Source: Carcharhinus longimanus
Taxonomy: Eukaryota
Direction of reading: 5' to 3'
DNA length: 64,000 bases
Assembly (NCBI GenBank): GCA_030264375.1
Contig: JASCQW010000162.1
Location: 57,656,113-57,720,112, forward strand
Shown in pieces: positions 11,581 to 24,180 of this stretch. A program made the translations under genes and the position numbers. Position 1 is the first letter of the stretch. Each line of letters begins with the position of its first letter. A model generated the notes under the pieces. The model worked only from the letters and a program-made list of their open reading frames with translations, did no database searches and was not told the origin of the DNA.

Positions 11581-12926
11581 ATGTGTAGAACATGATGGAT
11601 GGAGCAAAAGGGTCTTTTCCAATCCATCATTATCCATATCTCAAATACTTCCAACAACCTCGATAAACAAATTGAGCAGAAATTTAGTAAAACATTAAAA
11701 GTAGATCAATATAATGAAGAAGAAGTGACAGAATACAAATTGAAAACGGTGCATGTAATCTCTGGCAAAATCCCACCTTTCTCTTTCCCTTTTCTGCCTC
11801 ATCAAAATACTTCCGTGTTGCTCTTCACCTCCCCGACCCTCAGCATTGACAGCCTGCAGTAAGAATCATGTTTCCTACAACCTTACAGATTTCTGAAATA
11901 TCATGTAGAGGGAGATGAGGAGACATTGGAAACAAATGTTAAAGCAGCCTAGACAGAGTAAGCCCCATGATTGAGAGTCAAGAGGGGGTTACTTATCTTT
12001 CAAAAGACAGCCTTTTCTCTGAAAGGAATAATGAATGCCTGGAGCTAGCTGCCCATTCTGGGTATGCCATTCTTTTCACAGTAACTGCATCTTTAAAGGG
12101 AACTCTAGAATTCTCTGACCTTGGAACGATTCTTAACACTTCAGACATTTTCTAAGAATTAACGCTTAAAGTTAGTAGCCGGGTAGCAGCAGAATTCCCA
12201 CAGAATAAATTCTGACATTTTACAAAGGGTTTGAGGATAGTTTGGGTGTGCACGTGGGAATGAGGTGCCTCCGTCTGTCTGGGGACCTACGCTAAGTCTC
12301 TGCCTTTGCAGCCTGATCAGGGTGCTGGGATTTGATCTAACCCACCTTTGCTAGATTACCCAAACAAATGTATGGGAGTTGCATAGGGCAGGAAAATAAC
12401 GACTTCCCAGGGGAAGGGAGTGTTACTTCACACTGCTCGACCCAGTTTTATTTCTGTCATTTTCAAAGAGGCAAACTTTACCACCATTTTGAATACTGCA
12501 CCAGATACATCTTTTTTTAAAGTTTCTCCCCTGCAATTCTGCAGGCCTTGACGCTTGCTTGGCTTCAGTTTGAGGCTGGCCACTCCAGTTGGAGAGATTC
12601 TTGGAGGCCGCATGACATGACCTCTAACCATCCCACCCACAGGTTTATGTCATTTGTCATGTGACAAATCCATTCTCACAATGTACTGCCTTCCCATGCC
12701 AACTTGGAAAGCAAAATACTATTGATAGAAGGGCGAGGGAGGGGGAATGACACTTCTTAACCCCATTAACCCCAATAAATGCTTGGGTCAGATGGGATAT
12801 CAACATTTTAAAAATCTCTGGACCCCAGTCTGCCAATTTCCTAGTTTAAAAGGAGACGGCACGAGGAGAGGGGGAGAACTAACCTTCTTTCACGGATATT
12901 ACAGAGTCATTGAATTGAAAATAAAA

Positions 12927-13245
12927 GCAGGCATGGTGGTACAGTGGTTAGCGCTGCTGCCTCACAGCTCCAGGGACCTGGGTTCCAGCCTTGGGTGACT
13001 GACTGCACGGAGTTTGCACATTCTGTGTCTGTATGTGGGTTTCCTCCGGGTGCTCCGACTTCCTCCCACACTTCAAAGATTAGGTTAGGTGGATTGTCCA
13101 TGCTAATTTGACTCTGTAGGTTAGATGGTAAATGTGTGGGGTTACAGAGATAGGGCAGGCAAATGAATCTGAGTAAGGTACTCTGTCAGAAAGTCAGTGC
13201 AGATTCGATGGGCCTAATGGCCTCTTCTGCACTGTAGGGCTTCAT
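12927..13245 (+). mobile_element. HE1-type V-SINE, full length
   Basis: A/B-box head, V-domain and CR1-type tail 'tgcagattcgatgggcctaatggcctcttctgcactgtaggg'. Confidence 0.9.
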
Positions 13246-14664
13246 TAATTGCACATCTTTGTGGTGATCCATGGATGGGACGCATTCAGAGGCATGATTG
13301 CACATTTTTAAAAAGACCTGCATGTATTAATGTGATTCAGTAACCCAGAAGTTATGAATCAGAAAATTGGACCTTTGTTTGGGAGGGTGCAAAGTAGATA
13401 AATTACAATTTTGGAAAAAAGAGCTGACTTTTCAGGGCAAATTTGGTAGCGCTTCACAAAAATAATATCATGGCACATGTCTTCATCATAGCTCTCTGTT
13501 CAAATACTGCACCACACAACCACTACCTTCATAACACTTCTTTCACCCACTTCACTTTACAAAATTCAATGGACTGTTAACAACTGCTCGACCAGTGAGA
13601 GAGCGCCAAGTCTGAAGAACCTTTCTAATAAATCCAGCACCTGAAAATGCATTTTTCTTTTAACATATTAGCAAGCACAGAGAAAAACAAAACCCAGGGG
13701 CTTTGCAGAGCTTTCATGCAATTGAATAGAAGTGTCATGTAACCAAGTTTGCTCCCACGCAGACATGTGCAGCTGAAGGTAAACTACTTGGAACTTTTCG
13801 CTTCCAGAATAGGTTTTGAGCTGTTTCATAGAAAGATTTGCTATTGATCATGGGACGGTCTCGCAAATACTATGTACCTTCACCCGACATGCACACACTT
13901 AACCCTTGCAAACAATGATTGTTGGATAACTGTCTGGAATCTTTTTTCTTCTTTCTCTACTGAGACCAGTTTTACCATCTAAACTGACCAAAGTTGGCAC
14001 TGATGAACTGAGTCAAAAGTGGCAAGAAATGAAGCAAAGAAGTTTATTTCCCATCCAGCCTAGTGCTGTACCTCATGGCTCATTTACCTGTTTCAGCTGT
14101 CAGGTCACCAGCAGAAGGCCAACTGCTGGCGGCAGCGGAGTTCTGTTTTTCATACATTTTTCGGGTTGCCTGTTTGGTGAACCCTGGCAACTTGACACGC
14201 AACTGGCCACCGTACTTCAGGAAGCAGCAGCAGAAGCGTGCCTACTTTGCAATGGAAAAGCAGATTGAGACGGGTTCCTGGAGGTGGACTAAAACGGCTT
14301 GCCAAGGTCCAATTCAGGTTACATCCCATCCAGATTCCATCACACAGCCTGTATTGATGCAAAGCCAAAGCACTTGGCATTGACACAAACCATGTAATGA
14401 AACTGTCTTGAAGGAAAGCAAATTAGACAGATGAGGAGACTAATCATAAAATATATATGGCTTGCAACAGCTTTCTTGAAACCCTGGGAGAATCCTCTAT
14501 GTACAGATCTCATGCAACATTTTCAATACAATTGGATTTCTTCAAAGCTTTTCAGAGTACCATCCTGGCTTTCAGCAATGACAACAATTTTTAGTACCTC
14601 TTTTACTGTTGTTGGGATTAGAAGAATTGAGGCCTAGAGGTTCTGAACAGAAGAACAAGGAATT

Positions 14665-14990
14665 TAAATGCAGTGTTTAGGGTGAGTCAATCCAAATTAG
14701 CGAGCATGAGCGAGTGCAAGGGGCAACAAGTGAACAAAACTGACTATCATTTAGGAGGACAGCACAGTTTGGGGGAACGTTCAAGTTTACGAGGTGTGGA
14801 AGGTCAGCCTGGCATGAACAGTTGAATTTTGAGGTAACAAAGCCGACTGGTGAGGTTTTCATCATCAGATGAGCTGAGATAAGGGCAGAGATGGATGATA
14901 TTGAAGAGGTAGGATTGGCACTCTTCAGTGACACAAGAGGACAGAGGATGGAAACTCAGCCCAAGAACAAACTAGCTCAGCCTGAGAAAG
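14665..14990 (-). mobile_element. L2 LINE ORF2 fragment (degenerate)
   Basis: Translation ...SPVGFVTSKFNCS..ADLPH...NCAV resembles the L2 motif 'LIHAFVTSRLDYSN.LLAGLP...QNSAA'. It ends toward '...ALHWL'-like sequence. Confidence 0.6.
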
Positions 14991-15717
14991 GTCTCGGTGA
15001 GAGCATTTCCAAAAGAAATCCATCCTTAGCGCACTAAAGGTTGGAAGAATTCAAAAAGCATAACATGAATTTAAACACCTTGCATTAATTTAAGAACTTC
15101 TCCATGCAAGGAATGGGTTTTCATTATCTGCTGCCACTGGGCATCAGAATGTAGGCCGTTATCTATCAACAGCACAAATTACAGGCTATCAACTGAACAA
15201 AACCGCTTGGTGAGATCTCTCGAAAGTATTTCAGTCGGACACCTCACCATCTGCTGAGCACCAGCTGCTGCACTGTGAAAATTACCACCGTTCAGCTCTG
15301 GAATGAATCTCTCCCCAGGCCTCAGTCAGCCTCAGAGCCTCAGGTTCATTGCCACCTGCAGTCTTTCCAGTCAGTTTTCACCATCCACATCAAAGTAAAA
15401 ACAGAGGCGCTCCAAGAGTTATAGTAAAGACAATGTTTGCTGCAGTTATGGATACTGCCCCACCATTTACGTGGGTGACCTTAATCAGGTAATGGCATCA
15501 TTCATGGGTATATTACATTAAAATATCCTTGAGGTCAAGCCTGAAAGCTCAGAATCAATAATCTATCATCACACCCTTCAATTGAATCAGCACTAGCAGA
15601 ATATAGGACAGCAAGACTTTTCCTGTCTTTGACTGGAAGGTGATTAGGTCTGTGCACATGTGTATATGAATTTCGAGCTACATTAGAGCATAAAGCACCA
15701 ATAAAGATATTTATAAA

Positions 15718-15930
15718 TAGAGCAGGAGAGTTCTATCCTTAGCAAATGTTTACCTCTCAACCAGCATCATTAAAGTATGGATCACCTTGTCATTACTTTA
15801 TTGCTATTTCCAGGAGCTTGCTGTGTACAAATTGGCTGCCACTGTTTCCTACGTTTTAATAGTGACAACACTTCAACAAAGTACATCATTGATTCTAAAA
15901 CACTTTGAGCTTATGAAAGGCATAAGCAAA
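15718..15930 (+). mobile_element. DeuSINE 3' half
   Basis: 'gagcaggagagttc...ggagcttgctgtgtacaaattggctgcc...acacttcaacaaagtacatcattg...tgaaaggc'. Confidence 0.65.
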
Positions 15931-16053
15931 ATAGAGGATCTGTCTGTTTTAACAGAGACTTTGTTTAAAATTGATTGTTTTGAATTTTTCTCCTTTCCGC
16001 ACAATGTAAGCTTGTGCTGGGATGGGGGGGGACATTGGTGTAGTATTGGTATT

Positions 16054-16189
16054 GGTTGGAATTCTCCGATCTTGCATGCCCTGCTGCCGCTGCCAGTGAA
16101 AATGGAGAATTTGGTGCTCAGCCACATTTCCATTCACTGCAAAGGGACTGGAGAATCCCAGACACAGGTGAGGTCGGAGAGTTCCTGCC
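16054..16189. mobile_element. MITE-like element with 3-bp TSD
   Basis: Ends GGTTGGAATTCTCCGA ... TCGGAGAGTTCCTGCC, flanked by ATT (16051-16053) and ATT (16190-16192). Confidence 0.65.
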
Positions 16190-16529
16190 ATTAGCACTGT
16201 TCACTGTCACAGTAATTCAGAGAATCAGGGTCCTGCTCTGGGGACCCCAGCTGGAATTTGAATTCAATAAAAATCTGGAGCGGAATTCTCCCAAAAAAAT
16301 TCGAAATGTTGAATTTGCAGGAAAATTGGAGTAATTCACACTTTTTTTCAGTGGGAGTTCACACTAGTATCTCCCACATTCTGTGCATTGCAGAGGCTAC
16401 CAACGTGATATCATTAGATTTCAGGGGGCAGAGCCTATTCCCACCTGGGAGGTTGAAACCAGTGCCCCGCGTGCGATTCTCCTGGCCCTGCTGCACTAGA
16501 AAATTAGCGCAGTGAGATTGGAGAATCGT

Positions 16530-16835
16530 CCCCTTGGAATTAAAAGTCTAATGATGAAACCATTGTTGAATGACGTAAAAATGCAGAGCAAGCAAAGATG
16601 GCAGATTTCCTTCTCTAAATTATGGCTCACTAATATATTTTGGGGAAGGAAATCTGCCATCTTTGCTTGGTCTGCAGGTGACTCCAGACCCACAGCAATG
16701 TGACCCTTCAATGCTCTAACAAGCCACTCAGTTGAAAGACAATAAAAAAGGAATGCAACTGCATCTTACAAGCTGCAGTTCAAGAAGGCAGCTCACCACC
16801 ATCTTCTCAAGAGCAATTAAGAATGGGCAATGAAT
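16530..16835 (+). mobile_element. tRNA-derived SINE family B (unassigned), 3' part
   Basis: 'ggaaggaaatctgccatc...gtgactccagacccacagcaatgtg...aagccactcagtt...aattaagaatgggcaat'. Homologues at 28345, 39871 (minus), 41620 and 55075. Confidence 0.7.
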
Positions 16836-17729
16836 TTTTCAAAAATATGCTTTCATAGAAGAGCAGAGAGTGGGTGGCAATTTACTGATGGGCAGTTTCA
16901 CAGCAACTCTGATTCTATTTTCACCAGGTGCCCATGGGTAACATTCAGGACTGGAAGCCTCGTTTGGTCTGTTCCCACCCTGACTGAGGTGAACCAATTC
17001 ATCTTAAGACTAAGAATCTTCTTAATACGGTTCAGTGCTGTTTCTCTAACCAATTAAACCATCACTGAAACTCAGAACTGAGATTGCAAACACTGATTTG
17101 TTAATTATTCAATGTTGCATGGTTTTTTATAACCCTTTGGTTAACCCTATACGTTGCTTTGTAACAGAAGTAAAGCCAGATTGCCAGGAGGAATGCCATT
17201 GTCTACCGTACGTCTGCCACTGCCAAATTAAGTTTCATACGGACTGAGGAAATGAAAGATTAAAGTATTAAGCAGCGGTCTGAGAAACAAAAAGACCGAA
17301 AACTTCCTTCTGTGCATTTACAGATCCATTGCAGGATTTACACGAGGTGTGTAAGAGATGATTTCCACAGCTGTGACAGGAAAGATGCGTGTGAAATCAG
17401 GAGGTAGCCAGGGACATTGAATACTCATGGTTCCCACTGCTTTCACAGTCACCATATGTTTATGTGGCAGAAATACAGCCATTCAGACTTTCCCTGGGGT
17501 AACCTGAGAGGCAAACATTGGAAATATGAGCACTCTACTGTTTTACAGGAGACATTAGGATATACCCCACCACCACCCACCGCTCCCCCCCCACCACACA
17601 CACACACACACACACTATTTGGACAGGCAACCTGTCAGCTGAAGTCAAGCTAGCATGAACATCTGCCAAGACTCTAGGATTTTGAGGTTGCAATTTTTTA
17701 CAACTTTGTTTTGTTCACTGCTATTATCA

Positions 17730-18160
17730 TAGATTCATACAATTTTATAATATAGAACATAGACATTTGGCCCATCGTGCATTTGTTGGCTCTTTGAAAG
17801 GGCAATCCAATTCGTCTCACTCCCCTCCTCTTTCCCCAAAGTCCGACAATGATTTCCTTTTCAAATATTTATCCAATTCTGTTTTGAAAGTAATGAATGA
17901 ATCTAATTTCCCTATCCTTTCACACAGAATATTCCAGTTAGTAGCAAACCGTTACATAAAATTCTCATTTCCTGTTGGATCTTTTGCCAATTATCTTAAA
18001 TCTGTATCCTCTGGTTCCTAGCCCAGTAGTAACATATTCTCTTTGTTTATCTATAGAACCTTGCATAATTTTGATTGCTTTGACTAGTCTTTCCACATAA
18101 GCGAAGTTTCTTATCCCTGGTACTATTCTGATGAATCTCTTTCTCATCCTCTCCAAGGTC
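17730..18160 (-). mobile_element. CR1 LINE 3' fragment
   Basis: Translation ERMRKRFIRIVPGIRNFAYVERL...TRGYRFKIIGKR matches the CR1 ORF2 C-terminus. catag repeats mark the 3' end. Confidence 0.8.
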
Positions 18161-18665
18161 TTTTCATGCCATGAAGATTAAATATGAGGGAATTACACTT
18201 GGTGTCCTCTACCAGTGCAGTAATTGTGTAAAATGGGTTTTAACTGTAATCAGTTACAATGCATATTTTGTACAGAAGACTTACAGATCACATTGTAAAT
18301 TTTCATGGTACAGACCACTTGGCTCCCTGGTGGGGCACCTGTGATGTGAACATCCCTTTCTGTGATAAATAATTTCTCCTCTGCATTAAGACAAAGCACA
18401 CTAATTTTTTCTAATCCCGCCACACAACTGATGCTATTTTTCCTTCAGGGAGGCTTCTGTTCATGAAAACCTGAGGAAAAGCAGGACACAATGCTTCAAA
18501 GTAATATGTACAGTTGGCAATTTTTTAAAGCAGTGATGCTGTCCCTCATTACTCACAGCATTCGACTATGGTCTCTGAATCTGATTTTATTCACCCCCTT
18601 GTTCCTCCTGAGTTTACAGTGCGGCACATTCGTAACCAGTGCTTTAACACAAGGGGATTGCTCAC

Positions 18666-18886
18666 CTCTGTCAGCCTTTCCTCCCTCTTAAATCTGCAAA
18701 CTTGCAGTGCTTGGAGACTTGGCATCACTTCATCACAGCTCGTCACCTTGGCTGTGTCCTGCATGATAGGTCTTGCTACGTCACCAAGGTTCACCAATTG
18801 AACAAAGTTTTCTTTCACAATAGGCCAAGGCATTTTCACTGCGCGTCCAGAGCAGATCAAAGCCGTGCACTTTTGAAGGTCAAGAG
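18666..18886 (-). CDS. Candidate coding exon of an unidentified host gene
   Basis: Acceptor tttccactcatgatttctacAG|CTCTTG and donor ACAGAG|GTGAGC. 221 bp of non-repetitive sequence with one fully open frame: (A)LDLQKCTALICSGRAVKMPWPIVKENFVQLVNLGDVARPIMQDTAKVTSCDEVMPSLQALQVCRFKREERLTE. Internal ATG in AAAATGC context. Protein not recognised. Confidence 0.45.
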
Positions 18887-18997
18887 CTGTAGAAATCATG
18901 AGTGGAAATGCTGCAGGTCCTATGAAATTCCTTGAAATGCTCAGGCACCATTTTCCTTTGCAACAAGAAGGAATTATATTTCTTTCGCACGATAGAA

Positions 18998-19265
18998 ATA
19001 GGGACTTGCACTTATATCGCATTCTTCATGGCCACTGGATGTCTCAGTACTTTACAACCAGGGAAATACGTTTTGACATATTCATTGTTGCCCTGTAGGA
19101 TGTGCAGCAGCTAATTCACACTCAGCAAATTCTGCAAAAGCAGTAGTGCGAGGATGAGTTGGTACTGGGTGGGATTCTCTGCCCTCGATTTAACCTTGCA
19201 TGAAAGACAGCCCTCACTCCCTCAGGACCGCACTGGAATGTTAGCCTTGACTCTTATGCTCAAGC
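18998..19265 (-). mobile_element. DeuSINE, internally deleted
   Basis: Tail 'gacttgcacttatatcgc' and head-side 'gaaagacagccctcactccctcag...cactggaatgttagcc'. Confidence 0.55.
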
Positions 19266-19489
19266 TAATGAAACAATTGGGTTTAATCACCAAAATAAAA
19301 GCTCTCAAGAAGAGCCACACAGACTTGTTAACTTTGTCTCTCTCTCTCCACCAGACCTGCAGAGTTTTTCCAGCATTTTCTGGTTTTATTTGGGGTATAA
19401 CCGCTGTTGACTAAATATGCCTCAGAAAATGGACTTTGACCATTGCTAGTGTTCAGGAAATCGCATATTAACTTTACTTCTAAACTCCA

Positions 19490-19768
19490 GTTTAGAAGGA
19501 TGAGGGGTGATCTTGTAGAGATGTATAAGATAATGAAGGGGATGGATAGGGTAGAGGTAGAGAGATTCTTCCCGCTTAGAAAGGATAGCAGGNNNNNNNN
19601 NNNNNNNNNNNNNNNNNNNNNNNNNNNNNNNNNNNNNNNNNNNNNNNNNNNNNNNNNNNNNNNNNNNNNNNNNNNNNNNNNNNNNNNNNNNNGATCTTAC
19701 TGAATGGCGGGGCAGGCTCGAGGGGCTAGATGGCCTACTCCTGCTCCTATTTCTTATGTTCTTATGTA
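19490..19768 (+). mobile_element. Young CR1 LINE 3' end (gap inside)
   Basis: RRMRGDLVEMYKIMKGMDRVEVERFFPL, then tail 'gcaggctcgaggggctagatggcctactcctgctcctatttcttatgttcttatgt'. Confidence 0.9.
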
Positions 19769-19904
19769 CTTTCCCTCATTGTCAGCTCCAATTTGAGTAT
19801 TCTCTTCTCTGAGGTTGTTGGTTCAAGCAGCACTTACTGAAAAAAAAGTGGTTATCTGGTCATTGTCTCATTACGTTTTGTGAGAGCTTGCTCTGGGTAA
19901 AGTA

Positions 19905-20523
19905 GATGCTGGATCTTCTGATGCTGTTCACCATGGTGGGTTATAATCCCGCTGGAGACTGGCGTGAAACCACTATCCCACTGAGGGGACGAGGATGAAG
20001 GCCTGACCAGAATCTTGACCAGCTGCCCGATTCTCCACAACACTAGCAGAAAAGTCACACCAGTCTGGAACATGCCTGGACCAACATGGTGTGCAAAAGT
20101 CAGGACTTAATTAAAGAAGATCAGGGGCTGTCTCCAGAGTTCAGGATGGAAGCTGCCACTGACCCTGGAACACCACAGCAGTGGGTATGGAGGGTAAACC
20201 ATCTATCAGGTGAGTCTTGCAGCATCAGAGTCTCCGAGGAGGTCCACCTCAGAGTGTTCCATCTTCTTTTTTCAGGAGGTCTTTAGTCAATGGGGGGACA
20301 GTGATGTCTGCTGCTTTTCAAATATGGCACTGGGACATGTTGGCAGGACGAAGGTAATCAAGCCTGCCCCACCCTGGGAAACGGCACAAAACCCCCGGAT
20401 GGATAATTAATTATGCGAGGGACAGAAAATATGGCATGGCTTCCCAAAGGCCTCCATAGGAGGAAAGGCTCCCCATCCTCACCCTCTCTGGGGGACTTAG
20501 TCCCAAAGGGGAGAATTCCACTC
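19905..20523. mobile_element. Possible longer non-autonomous TIR element
   Basis: GC-richer block bounded by GCTGGATCTTC... and ...GAGAATTCCACTC, resembling the termini of the small MITEs. Confidence 0.3.
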
Positions 20524-21124
20524 TTAGGTTCACAACTGCAAGTTTATTCACAGCACAAATCGCCGGCTAAAGTCAACTGAAGAAACAATAGATTTTCCGT
20601 AGCTTTTAAGATTCCTCTTAGAATGGCAAATAGTGCACCAATCCTATCCTAATACAAATAATGGCAAGAAAGTCTGCCTTCCACATGAGGCTAAATACTG
20701 CAGAACACGTACCTGGCTGGAGTAAGCCTGCTCTAGTCTCCCTGGATATAAGAGTAAATGTGGTCCTAGTAAATCTGAGGTGCATTGGCTACATTCACTA
20801 ACATAACATGGTTACCTAGGTAAATAATCATGCACTAGCTGTCTGTGCTACAAAAAGAAATCTGCAATAACTGCTGTTTCCCTGTTCGCCAGTGCGCGTA
20901 ACAAAGGAATAATAAATATCTCTTCAATAAGTCTGAGTCTTGAACCCTCTAAAGAACATTTTGGACATGTCAAATCCATTGACAGGCCAATGGAGAAGCG
21001 GGGGGGGGGGAGAGAAATCCTTTCAAAAAAATTAAAATCCAGTTACATCCCCCCTCCGCCGATTCTGTCAACTGAAGAATTAGGGCTCCACACACTCAAG
21101 GTAAAGATATAGATAATATGATGC

Positions 21125-21320
21125 AACAACAACTTGCAGTTATGTAGCATCTTTACTGGAGGAAAATGCAGCAAAGGGACTTCACAAGGAGCTTTATCAT
21201 ATACAAACTGTGACAATGAGCCAAGGGAGGAGATGTCAGGACAGGGACTGAAGCTCGGTCAAAGACGTTTTAAGGAGATTTTGAGGAGAATCTTAAATTA
21301 GGAAAGAGAGATGGAGAGGA
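21125..21320 (-). mobile_element. L2 3' tail
   Basis: 'caacaacaacttgcagttatgtagcatcttta...ggagatgtcaggacagggactgaagctcggtcaaagac'. Confidence 0.65.
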
Positions 21321-22311
21321 ATTCTGTGATGGGGGAAACCAAAGGCATGATGAGGAAAAGAATTGAGGGATGCATCAGAGGCCAGAGTTGAAGGAAGACT
21401 GGGTTCTTTGAGTGTTGCCGTGGAGATAAAGAGAAGGACCCAACCATCCTTATTAATAACAATAATGCAGAGGTTCCAAGTTGAATGTAATTGATGTCGC
21501 ACTATCCATAAAAATAGAAATGTGCCTCACCCGTTTGAAATGTCAGAGCTATATGGCATCCAATGTTACTACGCCAAAATGATCAGGGTTTGAGCACATT
21601 TGCTTTCAATTCTGACCATTTAACATTGAAGCAGATTTTACTCTGCGTCTGTTTTCATCAGTCCTGACAATACGCTAAACATAACAAAGTGTACTGATCT
21701 GTGTGAAAATCTCAATGCTGCTGTAATCAGAAGCAAAATAACGGTTATTACTCTGTGGCCCTGCCATACTGGTTTGCTTACATGTTCGGTTTTCTTCATT
21801 CCCCTGAGACACTACAGAATATTCCTGTTGCGAATTGCAATCAGATGGAAGATAAAACATATACCAACTAATACATCAATCCGCAGATCTGGAAAAGTCA
21901 TCCCCCAATCACTGCATCATAATCCTTTCTCTGACAAGCTTGGCTGCATTATCTTACTTCCGATAGTAACTGCGTTGGCAACATAAAAACCTAATCCATT
22001 TTCCCTTTTAGAGAATTGACTCCTGTGCCCTGAAGCACACTTCATCATTGTTTAATATTCCTTTGTATTTTCATTATGGCAGTTCAGTCTCTTACTGCAG
22101 TGCTCTAGACCAACACACAGATAACTATCTGACACTAATGCCAGCAGCTCTGACTTGGAAACAACTGATCCTAAATCAGCATTAGGAGCTGTCCTTGTGG
22201 CTAAATGAAGCATTGAGTTTTCATTAGTTTCTCCTGACCCTTTATGAAGTCTTTCAACACTGCTGTTGACAAGTGAAATGCCAGGTATTGTACTCTATTA
22301 TAGACAGAATA

Positions 22312-22640
22312 GAAAGACTTGCATTTATACGGTTTCTCACATCTTTCAGAAACATCTCAAAACACCTTTAATTAATTACTTTTGAACTGCAGTTACCGTC
22401 ATGCAGGCAAACATGGCAGCCATTTTACATGCAGCAGCACCCGACCAATGAGAACCAGGGAAGACTTCTGTCCAGGACAACAGGAGAATACATGTGTTTA
22501 TCTTTCAACAGTACCATGGGAACTTTAAAATCACCCTGAACAGGGACTTGAACTGTCTCCAATGTTGTCAGCAACAACCGCCCACCCAACGCTGCAATCC
22601 TTAAGGTCACAGAGGCAACAGGGCTACCAGCTGAGTCAAG
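22312..22640 (-). mobile_element. DeuSINE, degenerate
   Basis: 'aagacttgcatttatac...aacatggcagccattttacatgcagc...gtaccatgggaactttaaaatcaccctga'. Confidence 0.6.
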
Positions 22641-23908
22641 CTCTCAGGTTTTCTTCACAACAAAAGGATAAAATTGACCACAAGCTGATGGAGCTCTTCT
22701 GCTAACTCTGAGTAATAACATTGCCNNNNNNNNNNNNNNNNNNNNNNNNNNNNNNNNNNNNNNNNNNNNNNNNNNNNNNNNNNNNNNNNNNNNNNNNNNN
22801 NNNNNNNNNNNNNNNNNNNNNNNNNNNNNNNNNNNNNNNNNNNNNNNNNNNNNNNNNNNNNNNNNNNNNNNNNNNNNNNNNNNNNNNNNNNNNNNNNNNN
22901 NNNNNNNNNNNNNNNNNNNNNNNNNNNNNNNNNNNNNNNNNNNNNNNNNNNNNNNNNNNNNNNNNNNNNATTTTGTTGCAATAAAAAAAATTGCAACACA
23001 GCGTCTCTACCCAATTCCTTTCAGATGCTGGCTGCTTCCAAACCTGCCCTGTTTAAATTTTATTTTTACAGCCTTTGAAGCTTTTCTTGTCCATATTTTT
23101 GTCGTAGCAAGTTTTAAGATGACAGGATTTGTCACATCATGGACCAGGGTTGCCTTAGTAAGTATCTGCCAAATCTTCTGCGTCGACTTTCCCTCTCCTA
23201 AAATGAAGTGAATTTTAACAGTGAAACATTGTCCATTAAGCCATTTTAACCTAGGCTGTTGTTTCCCGATGCTCTTTAAACATGTTTTGGTTGTGCTTGC
23301 TGGCATCAATTAAAACCGTGTTTGATGCTGGCAGTGACTCAACTGTAATTTCCTAGCTGGAAGGTCAGGCCATCGATGTAATGGTTGAGATTTTAAAAGC
23401 CATAAGCATTTAGAATTCCCTTTCAAGGATTTCAAATATTTTCATTATCAATTAGTACTCACACCATTTGAACACACATAACTGCGAACATTAATTTGAT
23501 CTGCCACAATTACAGAGAAATAGCCTAATGTTTTTTGTTCAACCAGGAATTTAATATATTAACATCAGATTGCACAAAGACATCTATGTAAACATGTCTG
23601 CTGACCTCTTACCCCTAACCCCCCTCTCATTCCAACAGCACTTTTGAAATACAGAAGCTTTTGCAGCAGCTTGATTCAGTTAGCAGTACTCCTGCCTTGG
23701 AATTGCAGGGCAACAAGGTCAGGACCCTGCTCCGAGCTCGAGTCCTAATCACAACACACATTTCAGTGCAACGTAGGAGTGTGCCACATTGTTGCTGGTG
23801 TCAGAGAGGATGCTAAATGGGGGCCCAGTTATTGTGCTCATATGGACATCAACTCTTTCCAGTGGTTGGAGAGTTGGTAATCGGATTCAAGATAATTGGC
23901 AAAAAATA

Positions 23909-24180
23909 GGCAGCAATGCGGCATTGTGCTGCCTCACAGCGCCAGGGACATGGGTTCGATTCTCGGCTTGGGTGACAGTCTGTGTGGAGTCTGCATGTTC
24001 TCCCCGTGTCTCTGTGAGTTTCCTCCGACAGTCCAAAAGACATACTGGTTAGGCGCATTGGCCTTGCTAAAAAATTCTCCCTCGGTGTACCCGAACAGGC
24101 GCTGAAGTGTGGTGACTCGGGAATTTTCACACTAACTTCATTGCAGTGTTAATGTAAGCCTACTTGTGACACTGATAAAC
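23909..24180 (+). mobile_element. V-SINE, subfamily with alternative (Rex1-like) tail
   Basis: HE1 head and V-domain, then 'aattctccctcggtgtacccgaacaggcg...gtgttaatgtaagcctacttgtgacactgataaac'. Confidence 0.85.

Noticed and set aside
14029-14386. Overlapping ORFs in a GC-richer unique block
   Set aside because: No recognisable protein or paired strong splice sites. It may be regulatory, but this cannot be supported from sequence alone.
18321-18337. Second CTCF-like motif (CCACCAGGGAGCC on minus)
   Set aside because: Mismatch in the core GG; too weak without a PWM scan or ChIP data.
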